Notes under the pieces: generated by a model
Seen by the model: only the letters and a program-made list of their open reading frames with translations
Told to the model about the DNA's origin: nothing
The model's database searches: none
From: Lama guanicoe
Taxonomy: Eukaryota
Reading direction: 5' to 3'
Assembly: GCA_013239625.1 (NCBI GenBank)
Contig: MU053652.1
Span: 4,267,902-4,331,901, forward strand
Length of the DNA: 64,000 bases
Shown here: one piece after another, positions 1-14,644 of the stretch
How the letters are laid out: the number at the start of each line of letters is the position of its first letter
Numbering within the stretch: position 1 is the stretch's first letter
Position numbers and translations under genes: made by a program

Positions 1-2131
1 CGGCCTTATTTGATAAGAGGGCTCAACACCTAGAAACTTGTGTGGCTTGAACCATGGATAAATTCCTGCAGGCAAATAGGGTGAGGCATGAAGAAAAAGG
101 GGAGGGGATAAACAGGATTGGAACTGGCAGGTTATTTGGGGAAGGGCATGGAGCAAGTCCCACCCACAGTATAATTGACACCTGTCTCTACAGTCATGTG
201 CACAGTTGTAGTCATTTCCCTGGACCTCTGTGCCATGGGTAGGCCCCAGCCAGATTCTGGACTTGGCCAGACCGGTGAGCAGGTGTAGGCAGTTAGCCAG
301 CCTGCTCATACCCTCAGGGCCACCATTTCTGTAAGGCCACCTCCTTCAGGGTCCAGGCTGGTTTAAAGCATAATTATGTTCAATCCCTCCTGGATATTTG
401 CAAACAGGTCAAATTCAGAGCCAGGAAACAGAATTCCACAAAAGACAGGCTCATTAACCCCTTCTTTAGCTGCAGTGGCCGTTAGCCAATGCCAGTTAGG
501 GTCTTTTTTATTCCAAATCGTCCCATGAGGAATCCAGCAAGGCTGTATCTGTACAGGGTCTTTCTGGCTGCATGAGGGGCACAGGCCATTTCAGAGTTTC
601 CCTGTAAGGCATCCTGATTTTCCTTGCCCAAAAAACATGGGTCCTGGAGGGTCGGAAAAATTTAGGCAGGATGCCACAAAACTGTAGGGTCTCTTACGTA
701 GTTGAGAAGGTGAGGGGAAGACACTGTGGACTTGGCCAGCACCGGGGGAGGGTGGCAGTGGCACGTATGGGCTCAGAACTGTGGGCTCCACTGGCTGTAA
801 AATCTGGAATTCACCTCTGGAAAGAGAAACTTTCTTTACAATGCTGAGTTAGCCAAGTGGAGCAAATGCACAGTGCCTGTAAGCTTTTCCTTCTTGCCTG
901 ACTGGGAATCTCCGAAGTTTGCAAGTTAGTTACTGAGTAACTGGTAGAGGCAGTTCGTGTGACCCTAAGGCCTTTCACAGAATCAGCACTTTAAAGAGCT
1001 GCAGCCAGACAGTGAGTCCAAGGTCAGAAACTGGGAGAAACAAAAACCTGGGCTACACTGCAGAACTACGGGGCGGAGAGAAACCAGTCCAGGACATCTG
1101 ATGCAGGAGACAAATGAATAGAGATGAAGAGAAGTCAATTTCTGCAGGATTTAAATCTGGCCTCAGACTATCTTGATGCAGTGGGATCGGAGCCATCAAG
1201 GACCCATTTAGACTAGACGTGATGAGTTCTGTGCCTTTAGAGTGACTAAAAGCATGGAGCCTTGGAAGAGACCATGAGTTATCATTCCATAATTTCTCAT
1301 CTACTTATTACCCAGGAAGTATATTATTAATTATATAGCCTTTGCAAAATCTTCTGTGTGGCCCTCCTTCCTCCGCCCGTTCCTTGAGGGCAGAGTTTGT
1401 GGGTCTTTTGCTCTGCACTTAAAGCACACATCTTTTTCCATTATCTCAGTCTAAAGAGAGTATTTATTTGCTTAGCTCTTTACCCTCCCTGGACTGTGGC
1501 TTATTGAAGGTAGAGCCACTGGCAGTGCTTGACTTGGTCCTGGGTGCATACAAAGCACTAAATAAATACCTAGTGAATGAAGGACCCAAGACAGAACGCA
1601 CACCCATTAATCTGGTCCTCCTCCCCTTCTTCAGTCTCATCTTCTGTGGCACTGTTCCATTTATCCTGAGCTTGTACTAATAGATTGAACTTTCTGTCTG
1701 AAATTTCTAGCCCAGAATGCATCCTCTGTATCCACATCTTTGTGCTTTCTCTGCTGCTGTCCCCTCACCTTGGAATCCTTTTCTTCCCTGTCTCTCACCT
1801 GTTGCTTTTGGACATGTGACTTCTCCCTTACCTCTCTCCACCCACTGGACTGGAAGCCCCTCCCAGGAGAGCCTGACCTGGGACCTTGCACTCAGCAGAG
1901 GCTCAATCAGCTTTTGCTCAGGGAAGGAATGAGTTACTTTGGCTTTGACTGAAGTGACCTTCTGGCTTCCATCAGGCAGCTTCTGATTACGTCTTGGTTG
2001 ATGGCCATTTATTTAAGAGGATTTGCTTAGGAGAGTTGAGATAAGTAACTGAGAAATGTGAAAATTCAGTGTTAAGCAGGAGTTTGAGCAGGAGTAGTAT
2101 GAAAAATGGTGGCTTGATGAAGAGTGGCCAG

Positions 2132-2263
2132 AGGGGAGGGTGTAGCTCAGGGGGAGTGTGCCCTTAGCATGCTAGAGGTCCTGGGTTCAATCCTCAATAC
2201 CTCCATTAAATAAAATGATTAACTAAATAAAACTAATTACCTCCCTCCCCCTACCCCCCAGAA
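2132..2263 (+). mobile_element. tRNA-derived SINE (camelid vic-1-like)
   Basis: GGGGAGGGTGTAGCTCAG A-box head, GGTTCAATCC B box, AT-rich tail; TSD AGTGGCCAG at 2123-2131 and 2264-2272. Confidence 0.85.
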
Positions 2264-2929
2264 AGTGGCCAGGTACTTTCCATTTTGCTGTGGCCATTTA
2301 GTTAATAGCATGAAGCTGTCTTGGACTTGTGACAGGGAAATTCTTGGCTCTCCCTTACATCATGAGAGCCAAATGAGTGGGAAGAAGAGGGCAGTGTGGA
2401 GAGACATCTCCACCACACTCTCTATTGCCCCCCACTCCCTGCCCCAGCCCTGGAACAATACCAAGTCGACACAAAATCATAAAATGGTTAAGGTTTGGCT
2501 TTGTTTGTGCCTTACCTATATGCCTCTTTTCTCTTTTTGTTGCCTTCTAACTTTTCCTGTTTATGGACTAAGTGTTTCTGCTCTGTTCCCATCTCTCCAG
2601 GGTGGAGGAAAGGGAATTTGATCAATCAGTAACCAGGGTTGGAAAACCTAAATGCTAGCAGAGGCCAAAGGAAACAAGCCATATCAGCTAGGCAGGGACA
2701 GTGACCATGGCCTGATAATGGGGGCAACTGCTTCCCTGCTCAGGGCTGTGGTCCCAGGGCTGCCTGATTTTGTGTTTTGCATAGTCATCCTTGTTATGAG
2801 CCTTGGCATCATCAGGAAAAATTTTCCAAGACTGGGAAAAGGGCAAAAGAGATGACCGAGTGTCCTTTTGGGGGACTGCAAGGTGTGGTCTCTCATGGAC
2901 TCCTCAGGGATTATCTTATTCTTACAAGA

Positions 2930-3380
2930 GTTTACAGCACTAATGGATCTTGGGATGGGGAGACCATCCTGGATAACCCAGGATAGTCTAATCACCAGGG
3001 TCCTTAGAAGTGAAAGGAGACAGGAGAGTCAGAGTCAAAGAGAAGATGTGACAATGTAATCAGAGAACCAAGGGTGCTGCAAAGTGAAAAAGACTCAACC
3101 GACTGTTACTGGCTCTGAAGATGAAGGAAGGGGACCAGGAGCCAAAGAATAGGAGTGGCCTCTAGAAAGTGAGGAAAGCAAGAAACAGATTTCCCCTCTA
3201 GACCCTTCAGAAGGAACACAGCTTGACTGACACCTTGATTATAGCCAAGTGAAACTCATTTTGGACTTCTGCCCTCCAGCTGTAAGATACTCCCAATAAA
3301 CTGTCAGATCATAAATTTGTGTTGTTTTAAGCTACCAAGTTTTTGGTAATCTGTTACAGCAGCAGTAGAAAACTAATATC
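2930..3380 (+). mobile_element. MaLR LTR (MLT1-like)
   Basis: Typical MLT1 3' part ending TTTGTGTTGTTTTAAGC...TTACAGCAGCAGTAGAAAACTAATA. Confidence 0.75.
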
Positions 3381-3710
3381 AGGTTTTTCTGTTTTGTTTT
3401 GTTTTGTTTTTTAACAACCTTTAGAGGTGAAAGCTAAATCAAGAGAAATATAAATGATTTTTGTCCATAGTAATGCAAATGATTTCTGTTCATCAAACTG
3501 TAAAAGTATGTTATCTAGTGTGTTAAATTCTCACTTGAATTGCTTTTAACATCCTATTTTTTTCACTAATTGAGTTAAATAAAATTGTTGATACATGTAA
3601 ATTTTATATTTGCAGAAGTCCATGTTACTTTACTAATTTTTAAAAAATTTATACTCCAGTTTAGTTCATATATGTCCATATTATGTTTCTATTCTGCATC
3701 CTGGACCTTT

Positions 3711-3883
3711 TTAAAAACTTTATTTGTTTATTTATTATTGTATCTTGTTTGTTTTTAATTATTTTATCTTGGTGAGGGGAAGTAATTAGATTTATCTATT
3801 TTTAGAGGAGGTACTGGGGATTGAACCCGGGACCTCAAGCATGCCAAGCATGTGCTCTACCACTTGAACTATACCCTCTCCCG
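3711..3883 (-). mobile_element. tRNA-derived SINE (vic-1-like)
   Basis: Reverse complement of the same SINE; TSD CTGGACCTTT at 3701-3710 and 3884-3893. Confidence 0.85.
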
Positions 3884-4819
3884 CTGGACCTTTGAAATTA
3901 AGCTCTAGTAATACTTTTGAATCCACTGTGATACCACTCAATAATTTGATTTCTATATTTATTTATTTATTTTTATTTTTTTAATTGAAGTATAGTCAGT
4001 TTGCAATGTATCAATTTCTGGTGTACAGCATAATAGTTCAGTCATACATATACATACGTATATTTGTTTTCATGGTTTCTATTTTCCAAGCAGTCCAATT
4101 ATCACCAATTTAAAAAAGGCACGTTGTTAGCAGAGCCTGCAGCTGGGATCCCAATGGGAAAATGTTATATTTACCAAGAATTTTGGCCGTGATGAGGAAA
4201 TTCATTTAGAGTTGAGAAAGTGTCAAACAGTGAATTTTTTTCAATTGCTAAGGCCTTAAGGAGTATTTTCCATGGAGGCAATAGATTTGTATTTTGATAC
4301 TTCTTGTCTAAGTGTTCATGCTAATATCTTCTACACCATCTATTGCTGAACATATTTATAAACAGGAACTGGGAAGATCAAAAGCACTATATGCAGGCGT
4401 AACTGATCAACCTTGCAAAGTGCTGCCAACAAGGGGCAGGACGGGGTGGTAGGTGGACTGGAGGGTTGAGTAATGGAGTGTGAGGGGTGGAGCCTCTCTC
4501 CGTACATCCTGCCGCAGCTTCAGGGACACAGAGTAACTGCTGTTGCTACGGGAGGCAGAAGCCAGCCTCATAGCTGGAGACTCTGAGGCTCAGAGATGTT
4601 AAGTGACTTGCTGAGAGTCTTACAGAGAATGAATGGCTGACTGCTGAACTCAGATCTTTCCCAGACTGAAGCCCAGCTTTTTGGTCACAGTTCGTACTTC
4701 AGGCAAGGGCTGTGCTGTACAAAGCACGTAGTGTGGAGCTCTTAGTACGAGCAGTACTGCTCCAAGGAGTTTGGGGTTGTCACAATGACTGGCTGACACT
4801 ACTCCCATTTAGAGGGCAT

Positions 4820-4966
4820 GGGGAGAGTATAGATCAGTCGTAGGAATGTATAGCATACATAAGGTCCTGGGTTTGATCCCCAGGACCTCCACTTAAAGAA
4901 ATAAATAAAAATAAACCTAATTGCCTACCCCCACCCCAAAATCCAACCAAAAAAATCCCGAGATGA
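4820..4966 (+). mobile_element. tRNA-derived SINE (vic-1-like) inserted in an old DNA-transposon relic
   Basis: Degenerate A/B boxes and AAACCTAATT tail; TSD TAGAGGGCATGGG at 4810-4822 and 4967-4979. Confidence 0.8.
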
Positions 4967-5384
4967 TAGAGGGCATGGGCCAGACCCTCTAAGGTATCCT
5001 GCAATGAATGTGACAATCCTGCAAAATGAAGGCTTGTCCTACATCCTATCCAACTTTTGAATATATCCTCAGATATTCACATAGCTGAAAAACTGTCCAT
5101 AATTATCTGTATAAAACTGCTAAATCTCTTTTTAATACAAACACAAAATATCTTTACATGGTTTACAAACACAGTGAATTTCTCAGGAATACAAGGACTA
5201 TGTAACTTAAGGGATGATTGTACTTCGTTTTGTTCAGAATTTTATCGAAAGCTGTTCACCAATTTGGAAAATCATGCCAGGGTCAGCAATGTGTGGAATT
5301 AAAGTTATCAGTACAACCATTTGTGTTTGTCTTTATTTGTGGCTGCTTGTGTTTATAGTGAGTCTGCTTTAAGCACCTATTATT

Positions 5385-6045
5385 TCTTTTTTTTTTTCAT
5401 TTTTTCTATTGAAGTATAGTCAGTTTACAATGTTGTGTAAATTTCTGGTGTATAGCATAATGCTTCAGTCATACATATATATATATATGTATATTCCTTT
5501 TCATATTTTTTTCATTATAGGTTACTACAAGATATTGAATATAGTTCCCTGTGCTATACAGAAGAAACTTTATCTATTTTATATATAGTAGTTAGTCGAG
5601 CAAATCTCGAACTGTCAATTTACCTGTCACCATCTCCTTTCTCCCCTGGTAACTGTAAACTGTTGTTTTCTGTGTCTATGAGTCTGTTTCTGATTCATAA
5701 ATAATTCATTTGTCTTTTTTTTTTTAGATTCCACGTATAAGCGATGTCATATGGCATTTTTCTTTCTCTTTCTGGCTTACTTCACTTAGAATAATGATCC
5801 CCAGTTCCATCCATATTGCTGCAAATGGCATTATTTTATTCTTTTTTATGGCTGAGTAGTATCTCATTGCATAAATACACCACAACTTTTTAATCTAGTC
5901 ATCTGTTGATGGACATTTAGATTGTTTCCATGTCTTGGCTACTGTAAGTAGTGCTGCTATGAACATTGGGGTGCATGTATCTTTTTGAGTTAAGAGTTTT
6001 CTCCAGATATATGCCCAGGAGTGGGATTTCTGGATCATAGAGTAC
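5385..6045 (-). mobile_element. L1 3' end (lineage-specific), 5'-truncated
   Basis: Poly(T), then TTGAAGTATAGTCAGTTTACAATG... 3'UTR and the ORF2 C-terminus. Related 3' fragments at ~3960-4075, 21660-21975, 30497-30700 and 50398-50527 (all minus). Confidence 0.85.
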
Positions 6046-6629
6046 CATTATTTCATTACATGGACTAGTATAGTTGTGCTCAAGTGTCTATTATTATTTC
6101 ACTTGTAATTACATTTGTATTAGATTATTATTTTATTTGTAATTACAGTAATTATTTACTCTAAACTATTATTATTTTGTTTCTCCTTTATACCATAGGG
6201 ACAACACATTGATTATCTTTTGAAATTATCTATAGATTTAATTTCATTGTAGTAAAGGAGGAGTGATACAAAATATTTGTTCTAAGAGATAGGGAGATTA
6301 AACCACTGTAGTGGAATGAGCACTTGGTCAGGAAATAGCCAAACCTTGATCGAAGATCTTGGTTCTGCCACTTGGGTTGAGCATGTCACAATCTCTCAGA
6401 GACTGCTTCCTCTTCCGTAAAACAAGCATAGTCTGAGCCTTCTACTTTTCAGAGTACTTGAGTTAACCAAATGATATGTAAATTATCACACAAGTATAAG
6501 GGCCATCTCTCAACGTAGCCCATGAATAGAACATGCTTATTTGGGATTAAATTGAATACTGAAGAATGCCCTTATCACTCAGGGCAGGTAAATTTAGGCT
6601 TTAACTTGTTTGCCTGAATGCATTGAATA

Positions 6630-8340
<1,711 letters not shown>

Positions 8341-9269
8341 CTTGATTAATTTTTAAAGAGTTTATGAAACCAAAAAACTAGTTGTGTATCTAGACTTGTG
8401 CTGCTTTGGTCACATGCTTTGCTTTTTCTTCTTGTAACCAAGCCCTGGCATGTTTAAGGCTCCATTCCTGACCACAGAGCAGAATATAAGTTAATGGGCT
8501 CCTACAGGGGTCAAGGTCATAACTTCAGCATTAGGAATAAGTTATTAATAGAGGGAAACGATAAGTGGGAGGACTGGCTTTGGGAGGCAGAAACGAATGG
8601 TAAAGTAGAAAGAGACAATGAAGAGTGTCCCTCTGGTAGTATCTTTATTTTCCTCCTTCTCTTACCCTCCTCCCTTGGATCCCAGAGAACTTTGGGTCTT
8701 TCCAGGCTGTTTCCGCCCCTGGCGTTGGTTCTCCTCGCCAGGTGGAGTCCCGTTCTTCGCCGCAAGAGGGAGGTATTGTCACACTGAGCTGGGATCCCAA
8801 CAGCAGAATTGAGAGATTCTGCTTTGACCGCTGATGTGGCCTGGGTTTAATCCAGACAAATCCTCCTTTGTCCTCTTGTACTCCAAGTGAGCCATGGGGA
8901 AACTGTGGATCTGGAGGGTAGGGAAGCATTCTGCACGTTGCATTTCATCTCTGGTGTACTCACGTGTGGGCCATGGGGCTGGGGATTTCGGGAGCGATAT
9001 TTTCTGTGGGCTAGCGGAAAACAGAACAGCTTTTGCAAGGGCTCCTTGCGGAATCCAGGTTTCTCTGGACCAGATCGTGGGGGTTTTCAAAAGGGGAATA
9101 TTGATACAACAGGCTTTTTAAAAGACTCTCCATCATTTGTCCTAACTGTTGAGTGATTTCCCTCCTCTGCTTTTTCTCTCCCCATGCTCCCACCCTGTGA
9201 CATCTCTTTTTCCAACTCTACGGAAATAACACATGCCAGAGCCAGAAGGAACCATGAGGTCATTTATTC

Positions 9270-9470
9270 ATGTGTTTCTCAAATTATGCTCAAGGATCAT
9301 CAACATCAAAATCAGCTGGGTGCTTGTTAAATATGTAGATAGGGCCCTACCCTAGATTTACTGAGTTAGAACCAGTGAGTGGTCCAGGAACCTGCATTTT
9401 TTAAACAGGCAAACACTGCTGCCTGCTCCACTATATGCAAGTGGTGGTACACATTACAGTTTGAGAATTT
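9270..9470. mobile_element. MER5-like hAT DNA transposon relic
   Basis: TTTCTCAAA...CATCAAAATCAGCTGGGTGCTTGTTAAA...CCAGGAACCTGCATTTT...TTTGAGAA. Similar relics at ~17424-17610 and ~18365-18530, with a MER20-like relic at ~18185-18340. Confidence 0.65.
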
Positions 9471-9974
9471 CTTGTTTAGTTCAGCTTCCTCAATTTTCAG
9501 AGGAAGAAACAAAAATTAGACAAAGGTCAAGTGACTTGCCCAAGTTTACCCAGCTGGTTGGCATCATCCTTGCAACTTAAGACCCTGAACCCTAACCTCA
9601 TACCAGCAGTTTTTACTCCTTGTTTCTGAGAGCCCTAGAGTTTTGAAGAGGTGCTTTGGGGGTTCTGCAAATATTTGATTGTAAGTGACCTGCTTAAAAG
9701 GGAAAAAAAAAACTGTTGTCATTGGCAACTTCTCATGTGAATCAGGATTTTTAAAATACTGTGTCTGCAATTATCATCTTTTACCCCCATTTAATATTAT
9801 TGAGATTACCACAAAAGTCCCACTGTTAGTACTGATTGGCTTAAATAAAAACCTATTTAATGCCACTTTTATATGTTTTATATATTGGAATTCTGTGTAG
9901 AATTTCATTGGACAAAACAATTCTGCTGCTTTATTTGAAATTTATCGGGCACTCATTAAACTCCACAAACACAG

Positions 9975-10434
9975 TGTTAAGCTCTGTGAAAATGAATGAA
10001 GATCACCCAAATGAGTAGAAACAGAAGCTATTTACTTAGAGCTTTGCCAAGGAGTCAGCCACCATCACCTGCATTTGGCAGAGATTCAAAGGCAGGCAGA
10101 GGAGTGGAAAAGCTTTACGGTAAGAAGAAAGGGGGAAGGCTTCAGGTTAGCCCTGATAGGATATTGTTGGCGTGGGAAAGCTGGAGATGAGCTGGCTAGA
10201 AATGAGGTATCCTATGTGATGGTTTGGGGAGCCTATTTGGCTTTCTCTGCTTGGTCCTGAGTTGGAAGCCAGGACAAAAATTAGGGAAGTTGGCATTCGT
10301 TGACTTGACCAAGTCCTGACTGTTCTGGGCCAATTCCTGCAGAGGCTGTGGTTGGCTTCCTGGAATGGTTGTTGTGGGTCAGAGTTCTAATTATCATATA
10401 TGCTCTGGCCTTTGCCTCAATTTTCAGTCTCTCA
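9975..10434 (-). mobile_element. Solo ERV1-type LTR
   Basis: TG...CA ends; resembles laurasiatherian ERV1 LTRs (GGAGTCAGCCACCATCAC...GGCAGGCAGAGGAGTGG...CAGTCTCTCA). Family not determined. Confidence 0.6.
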
Positions 10435-10664
10435 ACATTACAATGCATTGTTTCACTTCAGCTCCATCACATGAGATTGTTAATATTATTATCTCAGCTT
10501 TATGAATAAGAAGCAGAGTTGCAGAGAAGTTAGGTAGCTTGCCCAAAGTCAAGCAGCTAAGAAGAGGTAAATCTGGGTCTTGAACCTAGGCAGACTGACC
10601 ACAGAGCCCTGGGTTTTTCATTTATACCATATTTCTGTCATAGCTCCACACACACACACACAAA

Positions 10665-13060
10665 TGTAGAAATTCACAAGCTGCCTAAAACTCATATGAA
10701 AATGCAAAAGACCTAGAATAACCAAAACAACTTTGAATGAGAATAACAAAATTGGAGGGCTAACATTACCAGATTTCAAGACTTCTTATAAAAGAACAAT
10801 AGAGACTTTTTCTGTATTGGGTATGCTGCAGAGGAATGGTTTTGAGCCTTGGCTCTCAAGTAGACCTTTTTATTGTTATTAAATCTCTCTCTGCACTGTC
10901 AAAAAAAAAAAAAAAAAACAACAGTAGAGAGATTAAGTCAAAATAGATCATAGACCTAAATGTAAAATCTAAACCTATAAAACTCCTAGAAGAAAACATA
11001 GGAGAAAATCTTTGTGACTTTTGATCAGACAAAGATTTCATAGCTACGACACTAAAAACACAATTAATAAAAGAAAATTTTGATAAACTGGATTTCATCA
11101 AAATTAGAAACTTCTGTTCTTGAAAAGACACTGTGAGAAGAATGAAAAGACAAGTCACAGATCAGGAGAAAGTATTTGCAAAACATGTATCTGTTAAAGG
11201 ACTCGAGTCTAGAATAGGCAAAGAACTTTGAAAACTCAATAATAAGAATAGACAACTCAATTTTTTTTAAGTGGGGCAAAAAATTTGAACAGACTTTTCC
11301 AAAAAAATTTATGGATGGCAAATAAGCACATGAAAAGATGCTAACCATCATTCGTCATTAAGGAAATGCAAATTAGTCACAGAGACATTGCAACATGCCT
11401 ATTAGAATGCCTAATTAAAAAAACTGATCATACCAAGATTTGACAAGGTTGTGGAGGAACTGGAACTCTCACAAATTTTTGGTGGGAGTGTAAAATTGTA
11501 CAACCACTTTAGAAAATAGTTTGGTAGTTTCTTTAAAAGTTAAGCACACCTGCTATATGATCTAGCCATTCCATCCCTGTGTATTAACCGAGGAGAAAAG
11601 AAAGCATATGTTCACCTAAAGACTTGTGTATAAATGTTCATAGCAAATTTATTCTTAATAGCCCAAAATGATAAACAACCCAAATATCCATCAACAGATG
11701 AACGGATTAGAAAACTGCAGTATATTCATATAATGGAAAACTACTACTCATCAATGAAAAGCAACAAGTGATTTTTTTGGTAATGGCTTTGGTGAGATAT
11801 AATTGGCAAACCATAAAATTCACCCATTTAAAGTATATGAGTTGAAAGTTTTTGATATAGTCACAGAGCTGTACAGCCATCACCACAATCAGTTTGAGAA
11901 CATTTCATCACCCCACAAAAAAAACCTGTAGTCTTTAGCAGCCACCTTCAATTTTCTCCCAACTTTCACCCAGAGCCCTAGGCAACCACTAATCTACCTT
12001 CTGTTTCTATACCTTTGCCAACCCAGAACATTTCATTAAGAAATGGAATCATGAATTATGTGTTTGTGTATGTGTGTCTGGCTTCTTTCACTCAGCAGAG
12101 TGTTGTCAATGTTCAAGCATGTTGTAGCGTGTAACTACTTCATTCCTTCTCACGGCTGAACAATATTCTATTGTATGAATATACTACATTTGATTTAGTG
12201 ATTCATCAGATGGTGAGCATTTGGGTTATTTCCACATATTGGCTATTATGAATAATGCTGCTAAAATATTTATATACAAGTTGTGTGCATGTATATGTTT
12301 TCATTTCATTTGGATAAACATGTAGGAGTGGAATTGTTGGATCAAATGGTAATTTCACTTTTTGAGGAACTGCCAGGCTGTTTTCCAAAGTGGTTGCACC
12401 ATTTTATATGTCTACTAGCAGTGTATATAAGTTATTATTTCTCTACATACTCATCAACACTTGTTATTATCTGATTTTTTTTATTATAGCCATCTTAGTG
12501 GGTGTCAAGTGATGTATCTCATTGTGGTTTTAATTTGCATTTCTCTGATGACTAATGATGTTAAGCATCTTTACATGCACATTTGTATATCTTCTTTGGA
12601 GAAATGTCTATTCAGACCCTTTGCTCATTATTTTAATTGGATTGTTTATCTTGTATTGTTGAGTTGTAAGAGTTCTTTCCATAATGTAGATATAAATCCC
12701 TTATCAGAGGATCAGTTGTTAATACAGCAACATGAATGAATCGCAAAATAACTACACCAGGTGAAAGAACCAGACAAAGAGTAAATACCGTATACTATTT
12801 ATATAAAATTCTAGAAAATGTAAAATAATCTACAGGTACAGAAAGCAGATCATGGACAACCAGAGGTAGAGTTTGGGGGGAGTTGCAGAGATGGAGGGTT
12901 TACAAAAGGTCACAAAGAAACTTTGGCGGGGTGATGTTTATTTTCATTATCTTGACTATGGTGATGGTTTCATGGTTTATACATATGTCAAAACTTATTA
13001 AATTATACACTTTGAGCATGTGTAGTTTAGTGAATGTCAATTATACCTCAGTAAAGCTAT
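10665..13060. mobile_element. Nested old L1s: sense L1 (10665-11770, 12710-13060) interrupted by an antisense L1 (~11772-12705)
   Basis: ORF2 C-terminal remnants in both orientations, for example ORF 12206..12388 MENSLAVPQKVKLPFDPTIPLL. Confidence 0.75.
10806..10918 (+). pseudogene. Short 5'-truncated retroposed mRNA 3' end, parent unidentified
   Basis: About 95 nt of non-L1 sequence with ATTAAA at 10878-10883 and A18 at 10901-10918. TSD AACA(A/G)TAGAGA at 10795-10805 and 10920-10930, inside an L1. Confidence 0.7.
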
Positions 13061-13063
13061 TTT

Positions 13064-13200
13064 ATTTCACTTTTTGGGGGGCGGTGTAGGTAATTAGGTT
13101 TATTTATTTATTTATTATTGGAGGAGGTCCTGGGTTCAATCCCCAGGACCTCTTGCATGCTATGCCCATGGTCTGCCACCTGAGCTATCCCCTCACCCCA
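13064..13200 (-). mobile_element. tRNA-derived SINE (vic-1-like) with internally inverted B-box loop
   Basis: Antisense tail GGTAATTAGGTTTATTT and antisense head TGAGCTATCCCCTC; flanked by TAAAGCT repeats; see finding on 13124-13152. Confidence 0.8.
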
Positions 13201-13489
13201 TGATAAAGCTTTTTTGAAAGAATCCAAGGGACTTTACAATCCTCTGTTGCTTGTTGTTTGTCATGTTACTATTTTTTCACTCTGAAAAAAAGCTCCCTTC
13301 CAACGGTACTCCCTACGATTTATTTTGCTCTTCTATCCTCACCAATGTTCTGCAACATCTCCCATCCCCCATGGCTGTACTCCAGGACACGTCCTACTTT
13401 CTGCCACATTTATTGGTGCTTCTTTCCCAGGACGATGTACATTTGAAGCCTTTGCAGAAGCCCTTAGCCCAATGTCTTAGTTCTGGTTT

Positions 13490-13725
13490 GGTTTGGTGGT
13501 TAAAAGCACAGACTCTGACCCAGATTGCTTGGATTCTAATCCTGCTTTTCTGTCTGGACCTTAAGCAAGTTCATTAAGCCTTTTATGCCTTAATTTTCTC
13601 CCATATAAAATGGGCATAAAAATAGTGCTTACCTTATAGGGTAGTGATGAACTGGGTTAATGTTTGTAAGAGTCTTAGATCAGTTCCTGGCGTGTAGTAA
13701 GCCTAAATCATAGTTTGCTATTATT
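13490..13725 (+). mobile_element. MIR SINE
   Basis: MIR core GACCTTAAGCAAGTTCATTAAGCC...ATAAAATGGG...AATAGTGCTTACC. Other MIR relics at ~6305-6490, 9480-9600, 10440-10630, 22500-22710, 56830-57000 and 63760-63960. Confidence 0.7.
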
Positions 13726-14644
13726 TATTCCTGGGACAAGGGTGGAGGTTTGCCAGAAATTGGATGGGCAGCTAATTCTGAGGGAGAAAGGCTGTTTAGG
13801 AAATAGCTTCCCATGGTTTCCTCTTTGTGGTAGGGTCTATTGCTGCTGGCCCATCTCATGCTAAAAATTCAGACTGGTGACTTTTCTTTGTTGTGTATTT
13901 CCCTCTGTGGTACCCGTAGACATTGCAGGCTTGGTGAACCTGTTATTAAGAGAAGATACAAAGGTAACATAGGGGCAAGATAATTGCATGGAATTGAAAT
14001 ATGCTCTGAGCCTCTGAACATTTGTTATATGAACCAGGGGCAGGGACTGTTATGCTGAGGGCTCCAAAAGCTGTTTCTTTTCAGCTGTTTTCGTTTTGTG
14101 GTCAGAAATGTGTTAATTCACTCATTCCTGATTCATCAGCACTGTGAAAACAGGGGAGAACAGAGAGGTACAAGATTCCTTCAGCAGAACATAGACTTAT
14201 TCTGTGGCTCCAACAGAGCACCGTGACCCCAGCACACCTCTCTGTGGGGGACCTCTGTTTTCTCTTTGCCTGTTGAGCCAGCCTTGTAAGATTTCCCTTT
14301 AACTAATGAAGCCTAATCTTTTGCTGATGCTGAGTGATATTTTGGAATGCATTCTAAATCTTGGAACACAATAGGAGGTGACCCAGAAAGGCTCCCATGG
14401 CATGATAGAAACACACTGCGATGTCTATAGTCTATTCCTTTGTCTCTGTTCCTGTTTATTGTTGGCCTGGGGACCAGGATGATTCTCTGAGCAAAGAAGT
14501 CCCTGCAGGATAATTAAAAGGTGACTATATAAACATTTCCATAAATTAAACCAAGGAAGTATACTTAGCTCTAGCTGAATCTACATACTAATCAGCTTTC
14601 TTTGACCAAATCATAAGGCCTTTTAAACTATTGAAAATTTCTAA

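Noticed and set aside
1..1130. Possible antisense LTR-retroelement gag/protease remnant
   Set aside because: Only a weak VETG (DTG-like) hint near 175-195 on the minus strand and a general compositional resemblance; not supportable without a Dfam search.
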